From assembly GCF_009914755.1 (NCBI RefSeq), contig NC_060930.1: DNA of 64,000 nucleotides; one strand, 5' to 3'. This document shows, piece after piece, positions 14,641-28,810 of the stretch (positions within the stretch are counted from its first letter, which is position 1; every line of letters begins with the position of its first letter). This stretch comes from the human T2T-CHM13v2.0 reference genome, Homo sapiens. The notes beneath the pieces are model-generated. The model searched no databases and was not told the DNA's origin. It saw only the letters and a program-made list of their open reading frames with translations. Position numbers and translations under genes: made by a program.

Positions 14641-15016
14641 TATTAGGATCAGTGACTGTTCCTCTCTAAGTGGGTCTTATCTAATTCTCCCTCCCGCAGG
14701 ACCCCCAAGTAAAGGATCAGACCCTTGGCTGGCACCTCCCTGTGCTCAGCGGCCAGAGGTCACTGTGGAGGCCTGGAGGTGCTGTGAGACCTGGTGCCCC
14801 TTCCCTGGAACCCGAGCTGCCTCCCAGCTTCTCCGCGCGTGTGGCCCAGCTCTCACCCTCCTGCACTCGACCAGGAACAGGCCCAGTGTGGGTACTGCAC
14901 CCACAGCCACCCCGACATCCAAACCAACATCTGCCCCTGGACAGACAGTGCAGGGCTCTGCTCAGGTACAGCTCTGCCATTCACTCTCATTTCTTTTCTT
15001 TTAAAAAGAGAAAAGT

Positions 15017-15377
<361 letters not shown>

Positions 15378-15833
15378 CTATGGGCTGTGCAGTCCACAGT
15401 ACACACCCTTCCTGTCCCCAGCCGCTGGGGACCCGCAGTCAACAGCTCTGGTCCTCCTGGCTCAGGCCCAGCCGCCTCCTGCTGGCCGTCCAAGGTGGCA
15501 CTTCCTAGGGATTGCCAGGGCCTCTACTCTTCCTGTCCATTCTCCAGTCGCAGTGGCCTTCCTCTGCCCCCTCAGATTACCGGGAGTTCTTAAAGGAGGG
15601 ACCGTCTAATTGTTGCCGTGTCCCCACCTAGTGCTGGCCAGGCACTTGATAATTGTGCTTAGATGAATGAACGAATGACTGAAAGAAAATACCAGTTTTA
15701 TATGTCACAAGCTCAGAAAACTTTATTAACTTTATATTATTGTTGCTATAGGCAAAGTGCAAACCTCTTAGTCGGCCAGTAAAGGCCTTTTATGCTTTTA
15801 TGAGTGGGCCTTAACCATGGGCCTTAAGCTACC

Positions 15834-16135
15834 TTTTTTTTTTTTTTTTTTTTTTGAGATGGAGTCTTGTTCTGTGGCCCAGGCTGGAGTGGTGTGATCT
15901 CAGCTCACCGCAACCTCTACCTCCCAGGTTCAAGCGATTCTCTTGCCTCAGTCTCCTGAGTAGCTGGGACTGGCAGGCACACGCCACCCCGCCCAGCTAA
16001 TGTTTTTGTATTTTTAGTAGAGATGAGGTTTCTTCATGTTGGCCAGGCTGGTCTCAAACTCCTGACCTCAGGTGATTCGCCCGCCTTGGCCTCCCAAAGT
16101 TCTGGGATTACAGGTATGAGCCACAACACCCAGCC
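15834..16135 (-). mobile_element. Alu (AluS-type)
   Basis: Poly-T plus reverse Alu. Confidence 0.95.
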
Positions 16136-16616
16136 TTTAACGTGCCTTTCTGACTCATCTCCTTCTCTCCGTCTTGCCTATCCCACCACCCACTGCACCG
16201 TGGTCTCGGGCTCACTGTGCCACCAACAAGTCTTCCTCTTGGCGCCAGCTTCTTCTGCTCCTCTGAGCTTCTCCTGCTCCTCTCTGCCTCATCTCCCAAA
16301 GCCCCTTCCTCTTTGGCCTCTTCCAGGTCATTCTCTCTGACTCTCATCTGCACTGTCCTCTCCCTTTCTGGGGTCATCAGCCACACCAAGGTCTTGGTCA
16401 GTTAACTCAGCGTGACCTTGTCTGCCTCTCCAATTATATCATAAACAACCTGTGGACCGCACCTTGGGGGGCCTTCCTAAGTGCTCCCCATGTCTTTCCG
16501 CATGGCTCCTGAAGGGGTCCAGGGTCTCGTGTTGTCATGTGCCTGTGCTTCTGCCCACTCCTCGGGTGCTCACAAGGGTAGGGCTGCCTGGGTGACAGTA
16601 CGGCCTCCTGCAGCTG

Positions 16617-17043
16617 CGGGAGAGGGAGTCCAGAGGTGGCAGGAGAGGGAGTCCAGAGGTGGCGGGAGAGGGAGTCCAGAGGTGGCGGGAGAGGGAGTCC
16701 AGAGGTGGCGGGAGAGGGAGTCCAGAGGTGGCGGGAGAGGGAGTCCAGAGGTGGCGGGAGAGGGAGTCCAGAGGTGGCGGGAGAGGGAGTCCAGAGGTGG
16801 CGGGAGAGGGAGTCCAGAGGTGGCGGGAGAGGGAGTCCAGAGGTGGCGGGAGAGGGAGTCCAGAGGTGGCGGGAGAGGGAGTCCAGAGGTGGCGGGAGAG
16901 GGAGTCCAGAGGTGGCGGGAGAGGGAGTCCAGAGGTGGCGGGAGAGGGAGTCCAGAGGTGGCGGGAGAGGGAGTCCAGAGGTGGCGGGAGAGGGAGTCCA
17001 GAGGTGGCGGGAGAGGGAGTCCAGAGGTGGCAGGAGAGGGAGG
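16617..17043. repeat. 23-bp G-rich minisatellite, about 18 copies
   Basis: Unit gggagtccagaggtggcgggaga; internal copies identical, first and last carry ggcagg. Confidence 0.97.
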
Positions 17044-17249
17044 CAGCCATGGAGGGTGACACCCACTGATGCATTTCTCAGTCCAGTGAATGCAGTCACT
17101 TTGGATTTGTGAGAATTGGGACCAGTGTTACTGCCACTATCTACAGAGGCCTCACAAGGTTGTCTGTGCTAGCAAGTGAGTGATTAGCAAAGACGCACTC
17201 CTGTGACACATTATGTTGAAAGTGCCATCATCAGAACCACACCACAGGG

Positions 17250-17405
17250 CAGTGGTTCTCCGGCAACGGCAGCCTCGGGAAACTTGAGAGAAACACAGAT
17301 TCTCCAGCCCCACCCCAGACCAAAGAAATCAGAAGCTCTGGGGGTGGGGCCAGGAACCTGTGTTTTAACCATCTCCCCAGCTGATTCTGATTCAGGCTAA
17401 AGCTG
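17250..17405. mobile_element. MER5A-like remnant
   Basis: cagtggttctc...aaacacagattctccagccccaccccagacc...aatcagaagctctgggggtggggcc...ctgattctgat. Confidence 0.75.
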
Positions 17406-17454
17406 GGTGTCAGGCGAAGGGTGGGCAAGGTCTGGAGGCCCAAGCATTTGAGGA

Positions 17455-17856
17455 ACCTGCCCTGATGGTGTAAATAGTGTGCTGTGGGAGGTGCACCCGC
17501 CCTGATGGTGTAAATGGTGTGCTGTGGGAGGTGCACCCGCCCTGATGGTGTAAATGGTGTGCTGTGGGAGGTGCACCCGCCCTGATGGTGTAAATGGTGT
17601 GCTGTGGGAGGTGCACCCGCCCTGATGGTGTAAATGGTGTGCTGTGGGAGGTGCACCCGCCCTGATGGTGTAAATGGTGTGCTGTGGGAGGTGCACCCGC
17701 CCTGATGGTGTAAATGGTGTGCTGTGGGAGGTGCACCCGCCCTGATGGTGGGAATGGTGTGCTGTGGGAGGTGCACCCGCCCTGATGGTGGGAATGGTGT
17801 GCTGTGGGAGGTGCACCTGCCCTGATGGTGTAAATAGTGTGCTGTGGGAGGTGCAT
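17455..17856. repeat. 40-bp minisatellite, about 10 copies
   Basis: Unit cacccgccctgatggtgtaaatggtgtgctgtgggaggtg. Confidence 0.97.
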
Positions 17857-18103
17857 TTGGGGTGTTATTCTGCTAACTGACTAACATCAAATCCAGTGGG
17901 CCAGCAATCCAGCTTGGGGGCTTTCAGGAGCAGGGTGCTGCGTGAACCCTCATTTAACCCTCCCTACAATGTGGTGCCACGGGAGTGCATGCACCTGTTT
18001 CAGAGATGAAGACAAAAGGCCCTCATGGAGTCATTTGTCCCAAGCCATCCTGGTTGTCTGTGGTGTGCCCATGGGTGGAGGGGCCCCGGCGGGAGATTAA
18101 GGC

Positions 18104-18632
18104 TGTGTATTAGGGTTCTTGAGAGAGACAGAACCAATAGTATCTGTCTGTCTACACCTATCTAGATAGCTAGATGAGAAGGGATTTGTTGGGAGAATTG
18201 GCTCACACATTTGTGGAGGCTGAGAAGTCCCACCACTGGCTGTCTCCAAGCTGCAGACCCTGGGATGCTGGTGGTGAGGCTCAGTCCAAGTCCGAAGGCC
18301 TGAGAACCCAGGGGCCACGGGTGTAAGTCCTGAAGTCCAAAGGCTGGAGCGCCTGGAGTTCTGATGTCCAAGGACAAGAGAAGAAGAGCACCCCAGCTCC
18401 AAGAGGGAGAGACACCAACTCGCCTTTCCTCTGTTTTTGCTCTCTCTGGGCCCCCAGTTGATTGGATGGTATCACTCACATTAAGAGCAGATCTTCCCCA
18501 CTTACTCCACTCAGACTCACGTGCCAGTGTCCTCTGGAGACACTCTCACAGACACACCCCAAAATAATGCCTCATCAGGTTCCTGGGTACTGCTTCATCC
18601 AGTCAAGCAGACACCTAGAATTAACCATCGTG
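18104..18632 (-). mobile_element. MLT2 (ERVL) solo LTR
   Basis: tgtattagggttcttgagagagacagaaccaatag...ggctcagtccaagtccgaaggcctgagaacc...gacacctagaattaaccatc matches reverse MLT2B-type LTR. Confidence 0.85.
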
Positions 18633-19581
18633 GTTGGGAGGCTGGAGGAGGCCTGAGCGCTGGGGCCAGGTGGCAGAGGAGCTGGAGTGAAGGGACACAG
18701 ATCTCGCCTTCACCCACCAGTGGCCCTGGGGACTGCTTTCAGGGCGCACTGCCCGTTACACAGGTGCTCGAATTGTAAAGAGTGTTTCAAATGTTTACAA
18801 TGGCAGGTTTGTCATGAAGCAGTGTTAGCTGCAGAGACAATGTTTCTGACATAGAGCAGTGCTGAATAGACTGTTAATAACTAGTGGGAAATGGACGAGG
18901 TTTGGGAAGTGACTGCTCCAGGTCCAGGAAGGACGCTCCTAGCTGAGCAAAGGGCATTGGGCAGAACTCACAGGCCTTCACCGGGGCCCAGAGCATGGGG
19001 CTCCGGAGAGCAGGCTGCCTGCTGGGAAAAAATCAACAACTTATCTGAAGGGAAAAAAGGCAGATTGTCGGCACAGCAGAACAGGTAAAAACATTTAATT
19101 GCGCACACATTGCCGTGTCACTGGTCAACATGTCCTTGTTCTGAAAAAGGAAGGAAACAGGCTGAGGCTAACTGAACCTGCCAGGAGGCTGTTCATCTGC
19201 CTTATCCTCTCCTCTCGGGACAGCTGGGGCTGGTTCTGGGATAGGACCCACCCCGGGGACCCCTGAAGGATATTTGAAGAAAGTTCTGGAAGTGGGGGTG
19301 CAGGACACCCAGAGAAATATGAGAAGTCATCAAAAACCCAAGGGCTGTGAGCCCCTGCCCTGCCCTTCTTCCCGCTAAGAGGCTGGGGAGATGCCACAGT
19401 TTGTAGCAAGTGGGCCACGAATGCTCCTTTTCTGATGAATGGAATCAAATTCACGTCTTGCTTTTCCAGGTGTTCTGTGCAGCAGGAGAAGGAACTGTCA
19501 GGAAGAAGATAAAGTCTAGGTGAGTCCGAAGGCTGAGGCCCAGAAGGAGGTGTGATAACTTTTTCTGGCAACCAAGGGTCA

Positions 19582-20073
<492 letters not shown>

Positions 20074-21357
20074 TTATTGGGGATGCCACAGTCTTCGAGA
20101 AGGCTTCTGCCTCCCTTTGGCCTGCTTGTCACTAGCCAATGCTGGATATCACCACTGAACAGCATGGCACTGAGTTCCCAGCCTTAAGCCTTGAGATGGC
20201 ATAGCTCTTTGGCCACAGGGCAGTTACTATGAGCACTGATTTAGAAGTTTGGAGCCACAGAGAATAGTCATAAGATTCTCAGCCTGTCATGTATTTGAGA
20301 GAGTGGTTTTTAATTTTGGTACTTAAAGCCCAGGCACGGAGTAGGACATTACATATTGATAATGGAAGGGATGATATTAACCTGGCAGCCCGAACTTTTC
20401 TAATAACTCCCGCTGCCTCCTGGCAGACACAGCCCAGGAAAAGCAGCTGCCCTGGGGTTTGTCAGGCTAGGTAATTAACGTGTGATGGCACTCCACTCAA
20501 AATGACTTAGCGTCTTGTGAAAAAGATAGAATGCTGAAGCTCGTATCAAAGGCACAAATTGGGTAGATTAGGTAGAATTACTGGACTTTCTAGGGTATAT
20601 TAGGTTCACTGGGAAGCGGACGGTGGGTTGCTTTCTGTCTAGTTTCTTTGATGAATGTGACCAGGCGACCCTGGCCCAAGATATTTCTGTGTGCCCTGCC
20701 TGATCCTAGGCACTCTCTGTAAAACTTCAACTTAGGTTCTCTGGCTACAAAATAAAACTCTCCACCCCCGGAGATGAGGACAAAGCCTGACTTCTAGGTG
20801 GTGTTGCTGATACTACAAGTAGGAAGACAGCGAGGTTTCTAAAATGAAGGGAGAAGTGCAGGGATTTTTTTTTGAGGTCCTTTGCTTTTAGGGACAATGC
20901 CCTCCATTCATGCCTCCAGTGCCTGAGCAGGGCACTGGCCCGTCCCGTGCAGCAAGACCACCACCTCCTCCTCGGTCGGATGCAGGGCCACTGAGTATCA
21001 TCTGTCTGTAGGGATCATCCTGCAGGTCTGTGTATTTCTTTCTTCCTGCTCAGTAGGTCAGAGCTGGTGAGTGCAGTGGGATCTTACCAGGTGGCTTTTC
21101 ATTTTTGAACTATCCGTTCACAGGGCTGGCAGTTAGAAACGCCTAACCTTGCAGCCTCTGGCTGTAAAAGCCCAGGACACCCCCAACCCCAACCCCCGCT
21201 GAAATGACTTTTTCCTCATTTTCATTTTGATGTAATTTTCCTTGAGTTTTGGTGGGAAAGGCAAATGTGGCCAGCACAGAGAAGGCAAATGCCAGTCTCC
21301 CAGGACCTGGTCTCACACACAGCCAAGTGGACGCTTGGGTCCTCTTCCCAGGGAGGA

Positions 21358-21512
21358 GCTCCTCCCTCCCCTTTCCCTTCCTTCCCCTCCTCCTCCCTTC
21401 CCTCCCTTCTGTCCTCCCTCTCCTCCCTCCCCTTTCCCTTCCTTCCCCTCCTCCTCCCTTCCCTCCCTTCTGTCCTCCCTCTCCTCCCTCCCTTCCTTCC
21501 TATCTTCTTTCT
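21358..21512. repeat. Polypyrimidine (CT-rich) tract with an internal ~60-bp duplication
   Basis: ccctcccttctgtcctccctctcctccctccc occurs twice. Confidence 0.85.
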
Positions 21513-22799
21513 TGAGTCCGCTAAGGGCTATGATGGGCTTAGTCCTGAACCCGAAGAAACAGTCCAAGGTGAACGCCCTCTTCCCGTCAGGGCTGTGGAT
21601 GTTTCTCTAGGGTCTCACCTGAGTCTGCGTTTTCCAACCCAGCCCTTCACCCCGGCTCCTTCAGTAACATTTAGAATATTGAGAAGTGAAAGCTAACCAT
21701 GCTCATTGAAGAATATGGATTCCACCCCAACTCCGAGCCCTTACATTTTCACAGTTCCCAGGGAAGATCTCTGTATGTGGGAGACACTTGGAAAGACAGG
21801 AGAACCTGGGATGCGGGCTGGTATGCTGCAGAGCCCCACCCTGGCAGGTGGAAGTGCGGTTTTCCCTCCCACTCCCGATAAACTTGAACCCGGCCCTCCT
21901 GCAGGCATTCTCCACTGCGGAGCCAAGCCTCCCTGTCACTCACTGCATCACATGCTGCATCCAAGCATCCCTGTGAAATAGGGAGTTGAGACACTTGGTC
22001 ATGTGCTGATTCCACAGATACTTTACACCCATTTGTCATGAGTCTTTGAAAACAGAACCAGAGGTGGCTCACGAGCAAGCTGAGTGCAGAGGTTTTCTCA
22101 ATCCTTATCTTCTGACAAGGGGTCTTATTTTAGTTTTTATGAGATTTACTCACTAGAGTTGTCTTAGCTGCAGAACCTCTGTCCTGACTGCAAGAAGGAT
22201 CTGAGTAGCTGTGGCCGCCATGGCCTGATGGGAGATGGAAGGACACAGGGAGACAGTGGCTGCAGGGACGGTCTACCCCCTGGTAACACTCCCCAAAGGC
22301 TCTGGATGGAGAGGTCTGCCACGTAGCCTCTGCTCCAGAGTAGGAAACATGGTGGGGGATTCAGCCCCTACAACAGGGTCAGTCGGAGAAGACAGCCAGC
22401 AGCAATAAAATAAACACATTCCCACCACCCAGCTTGGCAGAGCAAAGGAGCAAACTGCAGTTTGGCACAGCTCTGTACAGACCACCAAAATCAAGCTTTC
22501 TTTTAGAAACTCAGTTTTGCCAACTTGTCCTCTGAAGGCAGGGCATGCACGCGGGAGCGCCGGAGACTCGCCCAGGGCCGGCAATGTGGACATCGCCTGG
22601 AGGTGTCCTGTGGAGGGTCACCTATTAGGCTGCAAACCTGGAAGGCCACTCTGAGCCTGGGGTGTCAGAGGCAGCATGAGGGTACGGTTTTTGAGTGTTT
22701 TCAGATGAGCAGGTAATAGGTGTTATGAACATGCCAAGCTTTCTCAGTTTGCCTGACTTAGCTTCTTAGGAGAGTCCATTAAGAATGAGCTTTATCCTT

Positions 22800-25700
22800 A
22801 TGTCTTTAAGTACATTTAATACATTCACCTTTTTTTTTTTTTTAAAGTAAGGGATCATGCCTCATCAAACAGTAATGAAACAAAGGCCTCGAGCCAGCTT
22901 CTCTAAGAAATATAAATCAAGGTCCTAAATCACTTCACTAATACTTGGGTGGGAAAGTTGAAACGATATGTGCTTCTTGGTAGCTGTGATTCTAATTTTC
23001 TCCAAAACTGAGTTATCTGCCATCACACAAAATTTGCTAACAGCCTCACTCATTATTACAGATTCATGTCACTGCTTGTGAGAGATGCTTGCTTTCCTCT
23101 TCTATGCTCACAAAATCGCAGCCTTGGGCAATTAATCCTGATAACACCAAGAGAGACCCAAATACTTGCTATATCATTTAATGACTCTTGGCAGAAAGCA
23201 AAAACACTTCACTTGAACATGGTATTATAAAAATATGTATTTTACTAACTTTCATAGGAAATTTAACTATTTGATGAAATGCCTTTGTATGTTACCTGAT
23301 TTTCATTTGTACTTAACAATTTGTCTTAAAGATGATACATAAAAATGAGATGAAAATATATAACCTTCCCCATAAACCAAGATTTAATCTTGGAGATTAA
23401 ATGTTGCCCCAAGTGAAATAGCTAAATTCAATGGATTTTAATTACTTTTATCCCCATGGGCTCCCCGTCCCCCCACCCCCACCTTAATTTCTTCTATTTT
23501 CCCCTTAGATTGCAATGATTAATTTGCAAGTTTGGTCCCATACTATCCATGAAACTAAACAAAACATGTGACAGCCCAGGTGATTCGATGCCACCTTTTG
23601 ACTAAGCAGGCAAAGTGCCCTTAACGCCAGCCTGGGCCCATGCCCTGACGCGAGGGTGGTGGTGGAGATGGCCCACGACCCTCTCAGCAGCCACATGCTT
23701 CCATGCCCTTGGGCCATGGTCCTCCTGGTGATGGGCTGCCGGGCGTCTTCGGAGGCAGCTCCCGTCCCCCACTTTCCACTCTCAGGTTGTCCTGAACCCA
23801 CACTTTCTTGACTCTGAATATAACAGCAGCCTATGGACTCCTTTTCACAGGGCAGCAGCAACTTACCAGGATACATGTTTTCCCTTGAATGAATCCTGGG
23901 GTCTCGGAAGCCACTCCTCCCTGCCCGTGCTTTCTCTAATAGCTCTTTTGGGCGCTGAGACTCTAAGTGTAAAGCTTAACACTCACCCAGTGGAAGCAAC
24001 AGCCTTACCGAAAGCCTCCTTAATGTTGGCTTAGACAGGAAATGGAAATGGCCTGCGTTATCCATCCTTTAAAGCATTTCTAGTGCTCAGCCTCCATGAA
24101 ATGGATTGCTTATAGGGAGATAATGTCTGTTCTATTCCTTTTTAAGTCTGTGAAAAATGTCATCCTGGTTAATAGGGTGATTAAAACTCTTTATGCTCCA
24201 GGAGATAAATGTGATTATGTTTGTCATACTCAACCCAAGATAAAGACAGCAAAGAAGGCAAACTTGAAATTCCATCACATTTCCTCTCTTCCATATCCAG
24301 GGACATTCAGAGCTCAATACACAGATGGTACGTCTCATAAAGAATAACATTATCTGTTCAACATTTTTCCTTTCCATTAACCAATTTAACAATATGCCTC
24401 TGGTACAAAAGGAATAGACAAATGACGAAATCTACTGATATTCAAGTTCTGACTGTGAAAAACACCACTTGAGTCATACTGCTTGTTTTCTTTTTAAATT
24501 TCCATCTGTGCATTACTTCACCTTTGCTTTTAAGATGCAATTGGAGCTGACGCTTGGTCCCTCTTTTAGGGAATTTGTCCCTGCCAGCCTCCCCTCTGCA
24601 GGGGATTCATCATCATTCTAATGGGAGTTCCCCTGCCATCGGTCAAGGACAGCAGAGGTGACATATAAGGGTTTTGTAGACACGAGGCATGCCACTCTAG
24701 TATTAGGACACTCTTTCAGCAACATATGTCTAGGCCTCCTCTGTGCCAGCCCTGTGGGAAAGCAGAGCCCCCACCATGGCCCCTGGCTCCTTCCTAGGGC
24801 CTAGCTGCCATCAGCCTGATGTGCAGCAGCCTCTGCAGCGGTGCTGACACCAGTTTACAAGGCCCTGAGAGGGGTCCCTGCCCTTCGGGAGGTTACAAGG
24901 CAGGAATCCATTAACAGAATCAGTTAACAATGATTTCTCCTTTTAACACTCCAGACAGGTGGGCAAGTCTCCTTTCTCCACCCAGTGGAGGCCTTTAGAA
25001 ACCACTAGGCATTCTCCATCTATGAAAAATAAAACCCAGATTCTAGCTGTAAACAGTTTTAGGTAGTGCCCATTCTTTTTCCCCCCACATCAAACGAGTA
25101 AAGTGCATCGTTGTAACAAGGTTTGAGGGCCATCTCATGCACGTTGGAAACCCACATTTATGAAGCACAAAAGGATCAGGCGGTGCCCATTCTATTCAGA
25201 GGAACCTAGATTCAGACTAATTGTATGGACGAAAACCTGTTCCTTTGGCTCCTGCCTTTCCTTCCTTTCATTCAAAGCCTACAGATCTCTTCTCAGAGGA
25301 GATTTAGTTACAAATGAAAGGCAGTGAAGAGTTTTTGCTACCCGCATTCACTGACCAATTTCACAATCCTTTCCTTTCAGTCTTGGATTTTTAACAGATT
25401 ACATATGAATTCCAGATGCTGATTACACCTGTTTCATTAACAATACAGCAATTTTAACAGGGTAACATGGTCTAGAGAAAAGTATTACATTAAGTTCTTG
25501 TCATTTCATTTAAAAATCTCCCTTAGAATAAAAGGTTTCATGATAACAGAAATTTCAAATGTCCTTTATTAAACCTGATTGCTGACTAATTAGAGCCTAG
25601 GCAAGTAGGAAGAAATTGCACAACTGATATTTAACTACAGGTTTTTTCTCTGGACATATTGACATATTAAAGTATTTCTCTTCTTGAAAATATTTTAAAA

Positions 25701-26677
25701 TACAATTGCAGTAAAAACAATTGCATGTAGACATTATTCTCCATCTGTTTTTTTTGTAGGAGACTGTGGAAGACAGGAGGGAGTTGGGCGTGCACACAGA
25801 ATTTACCCTAACAGCTTTGTTAGGGAGGTGGTCCCAAATACTTTATATTGGGACTCCGTACTCAGGTGACTTTCTGGTTAAAAATATTGAAGACGGATGA
25901 CAACTGGGCTTTTTTTACTTTGACAACTGAGACAAAATGACAAATTGTCAGTGTTCAGAGATCCAGACCAACTTCTCAAAAAAATATGTTTACCCCTGAT
26001 ATCATCATTATTTTAGCCCAACTGTGCCTTTTGGGGTGATCACAACTCATTACTGGCTTTTTGTTTTAAGTATAAGAATTTATAGGGCCTTCAAGCAAGG
26101 GCATCAGGTAAATAACTAGCATGTGTGTGATGGCTGTAAAGCACAGACCACATTTAGGACCCGAGAGCCACACCCACTTCCTACCATACAGGACTTACCA
26201 GGTGACTGTCACTTTGTAGTCTGGCTAATCAGAATAAGACTTCCAAGTTCTGTCATATATTGACAAGAAAGGCTCTTGAAACTCCTTTAATTAGACACAT
26301 TGCAGTACTATTGCTATTAGGGGGTCTGTTTTATAAATATTTTCTTATCATACTTTTATTATAAACTTTTTTAGTATGAAATTTGCTTCAACTGTTACAA
26401 ACAGAATCATTTCCTATGGGGTCCCCTCCACATAAGGAAGTTATTCCTGTAATTACTATTTTTAAATAGTCTTCTTAACTGTGGGAAAACTTTACCCTCC
26501 CCCAGCACGCACACACATACTCTCCTGTGATGAGGCTGAATGCTATCCAGTGCACTGGTTCAGTCAGCAATCTGCCCATGTTCCTGGGAGAAATCAGTCC
26601 CAGTCCTTTTGCTGTCATGGTGTCTCCAGAGCCACCCCTTTCTGTAACAAGCATTTTGAAATTCATCCATGCTCATC
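22800..26677 (-). other. TMEM242: TMEM242 3' UTR (distal end approximate) with candidate poly(A) signals
   Basis: Repeat-poor sequence downstream of the stop; minus-strand AATAAA at 26355-26360 and 25565-25570 and ATTAAA at 22815-22820. Which site is used is not visible in the sequence. Confidence 0.55.
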
Positions 26678-26776
26678 TCATTTGGATTTCAATGTTTCCT
26701 CCCACTCAACAGCCGATTCGGAGTTCTTGGGAATTGTTGGAAATATTGATTGCATTTTACTTCGAAAGTCGTTCAT
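26678..26776 (-). CDS. TMEM242: TMEM242 terminal coding exon (mitochondrial ATP synthase c-ring assembly factor), phase 0
   Basis: Minus strand reads attatttttcttcttttag|ATG AAC GAC TTT CGA AGT...AAA TCC AAA TGA = MNDFRSKMQSIFPTIPKNSESAVEWEETLKSK*, matching the TMEM242 C-terminus as I recall it; canonical acceptor AG at 26777-26778. Confidence 0.93.
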   Translation of the reverse strand: MNDFRSKMQSIFPTIPKNSESAVEWEETLKSK

Positions 26777-27011
26777 CTAAAAGAAGAAAAATAATCAGTT
26801 ATCAAATGTTAAAAGAAGGAGAAAAACAGCTATTAGAGATGGCACCTTTGCTGACTGGCTAGTACTTCACTGCTCACAGATACAGAGCTAAGGAACATCA
26901 ATAAAAGATAGGGACTATATATATCCTAGGTATCTTGAAAGAAAATGAAATATACTTCCTTTCTTCTTCTGAGTATAAATTTATTAATAAATAACATAAA
27001 ACTTCACTCTT

Positions 27012-27163
27012 AGCTGGACATGGTGGCTCACACCTGTAGTCCTAGCTACTCGGGAGGCTGAGGTGGGTAGATTGCTTGAGCCCAGGAGTTTGAGTCCAGC
27101 CTGGGCAACACAGCAAGACTCTATCTCTTTAAAAACAAACAAACAAACAAACAAACAAACAAA
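27012..27163 (+). mobile_element. FLAM_C-like left Alu monomer with (AAAC)n tail
   Basis: Monomer ending cagcaagactctatctc; flanked by cactctta on both sides. Confidence 0.8.
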
Positions 27164-27521
27164 CCACTCTTAATCTGCAAGGCAACATGTCCTAAACCGT
27201 CAACTCTCCATAATAATTATTCCCTCCCAGAAGAAGAGTGTGTATTGTTGGCTTTCATATATAAAGATGCCATTGAGGATGGGATTTCTTTCTGAATAAA
27301 TAAATATAATTAGGTCATTCAAAGCTAGAATTTTAGACACAGAAATGGCAGACAGAAGAAACTTAGGAGTTTCGTCAAGAATAAATCAAGGAATGGTAGA
27401 TAAACTGGAATGTTCTTATGTGCAAGACAGTGGTTTTTTTTTTGTTTTTGTTTTTTTAAATCTAGGTAGGAGTTTTACAAGCAGTTGATTTGGAATCAGA
27501 GTCACAGCAAGGGAACAAGAG

Positions 27522-27797
27522 ATTTTTTTTTCTTTTTTTGAGGCAGTTGCCTAGGCTGGAGTGCAGTGGCACAATCATGGCTAACTGCAGCCTCAACCTC
27601 CCGGGCTCAAGTGATCATCCCACCTCAGCACCCCCAAGTAGCTGGAACTACAGGCATGTGCTAACTTTTGCATTTTGGGTAGAGATGGGGTCTTGCTATG
27701 TTGCCCAGGCTGGTCTCAAACTCCTGAACTCAAGCAATCCTCCCACCTCGGTCTCCCAAAGTGCTGAGATCACAGGCGTGCACCACCGCGCCCAGCC
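27522..27797 (-). mobile_element. AluJ-type
   Basis: ggctcaagtgatcatcccacctcagc and ctcaagcaatcctcccacctcgg are AluJ-type motifs; aagagat flanks both sides. Confidence 0.9.
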
Positions 27798-27908
27798 TAA
27801 GAGATCTTAACATGCAGTGTCACACAGTATTACAGTTTACCTGGAGCACCTGGGTCCACCTAAGGCGTACAACCCCATAAGGTGGGAACACTAACTTACA
27901 GAAGTTAG

Positions 27909-28426
<518 letters not shown>

Positions 28427-28599
28427 GCAAGTCATTTCTTAGAGTGGTTATTTTGAGAATCAGCTAATATTTCTTTAATGTCGATGCTTATTTATTTCAA
28501 TTTGAGGCTGAATCTTTACCTTGTTTCCAGATTTAGGGGTTTGGGACTTGTAAATCCTAGGCATTTACTCCTAGCACTGCTGCAAACTGTAGCACTGCT

Positions 28600-28810
28600 G
28601 TCAGCAGCATGGACTCTGTTCAGATCCTAGCTCCACCATTTGGGAAAGCTGCTTACTCTATTAAGCCATACTTTCCACATATGTAGAATGGAGACAGTAA
28701 TTACCTGCTTAAAGAGTTGTGAGGATTAAGGACTAAGTGAGATGATGCATATAAAGCACAGCATCTAACACATGGAAAGTGCTCAATATACATTAGCTAT
28801 TATCATTGCT
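28600..28810 (+). mobile_element. MIR
   Basis: gttcagatcctagctccacca...tgtagaatggagacagtaatt...gttgtgaggattaa...gtgctcaatatacattagctattat. Confidence 0.7.

Noticed and set aside
16434-17856. Repetitive ORFs across the 23-bp and 40-bp VNTRs
   Set aside because: Frames are open only because the units lack stops on that strand; there is no coding evidence.
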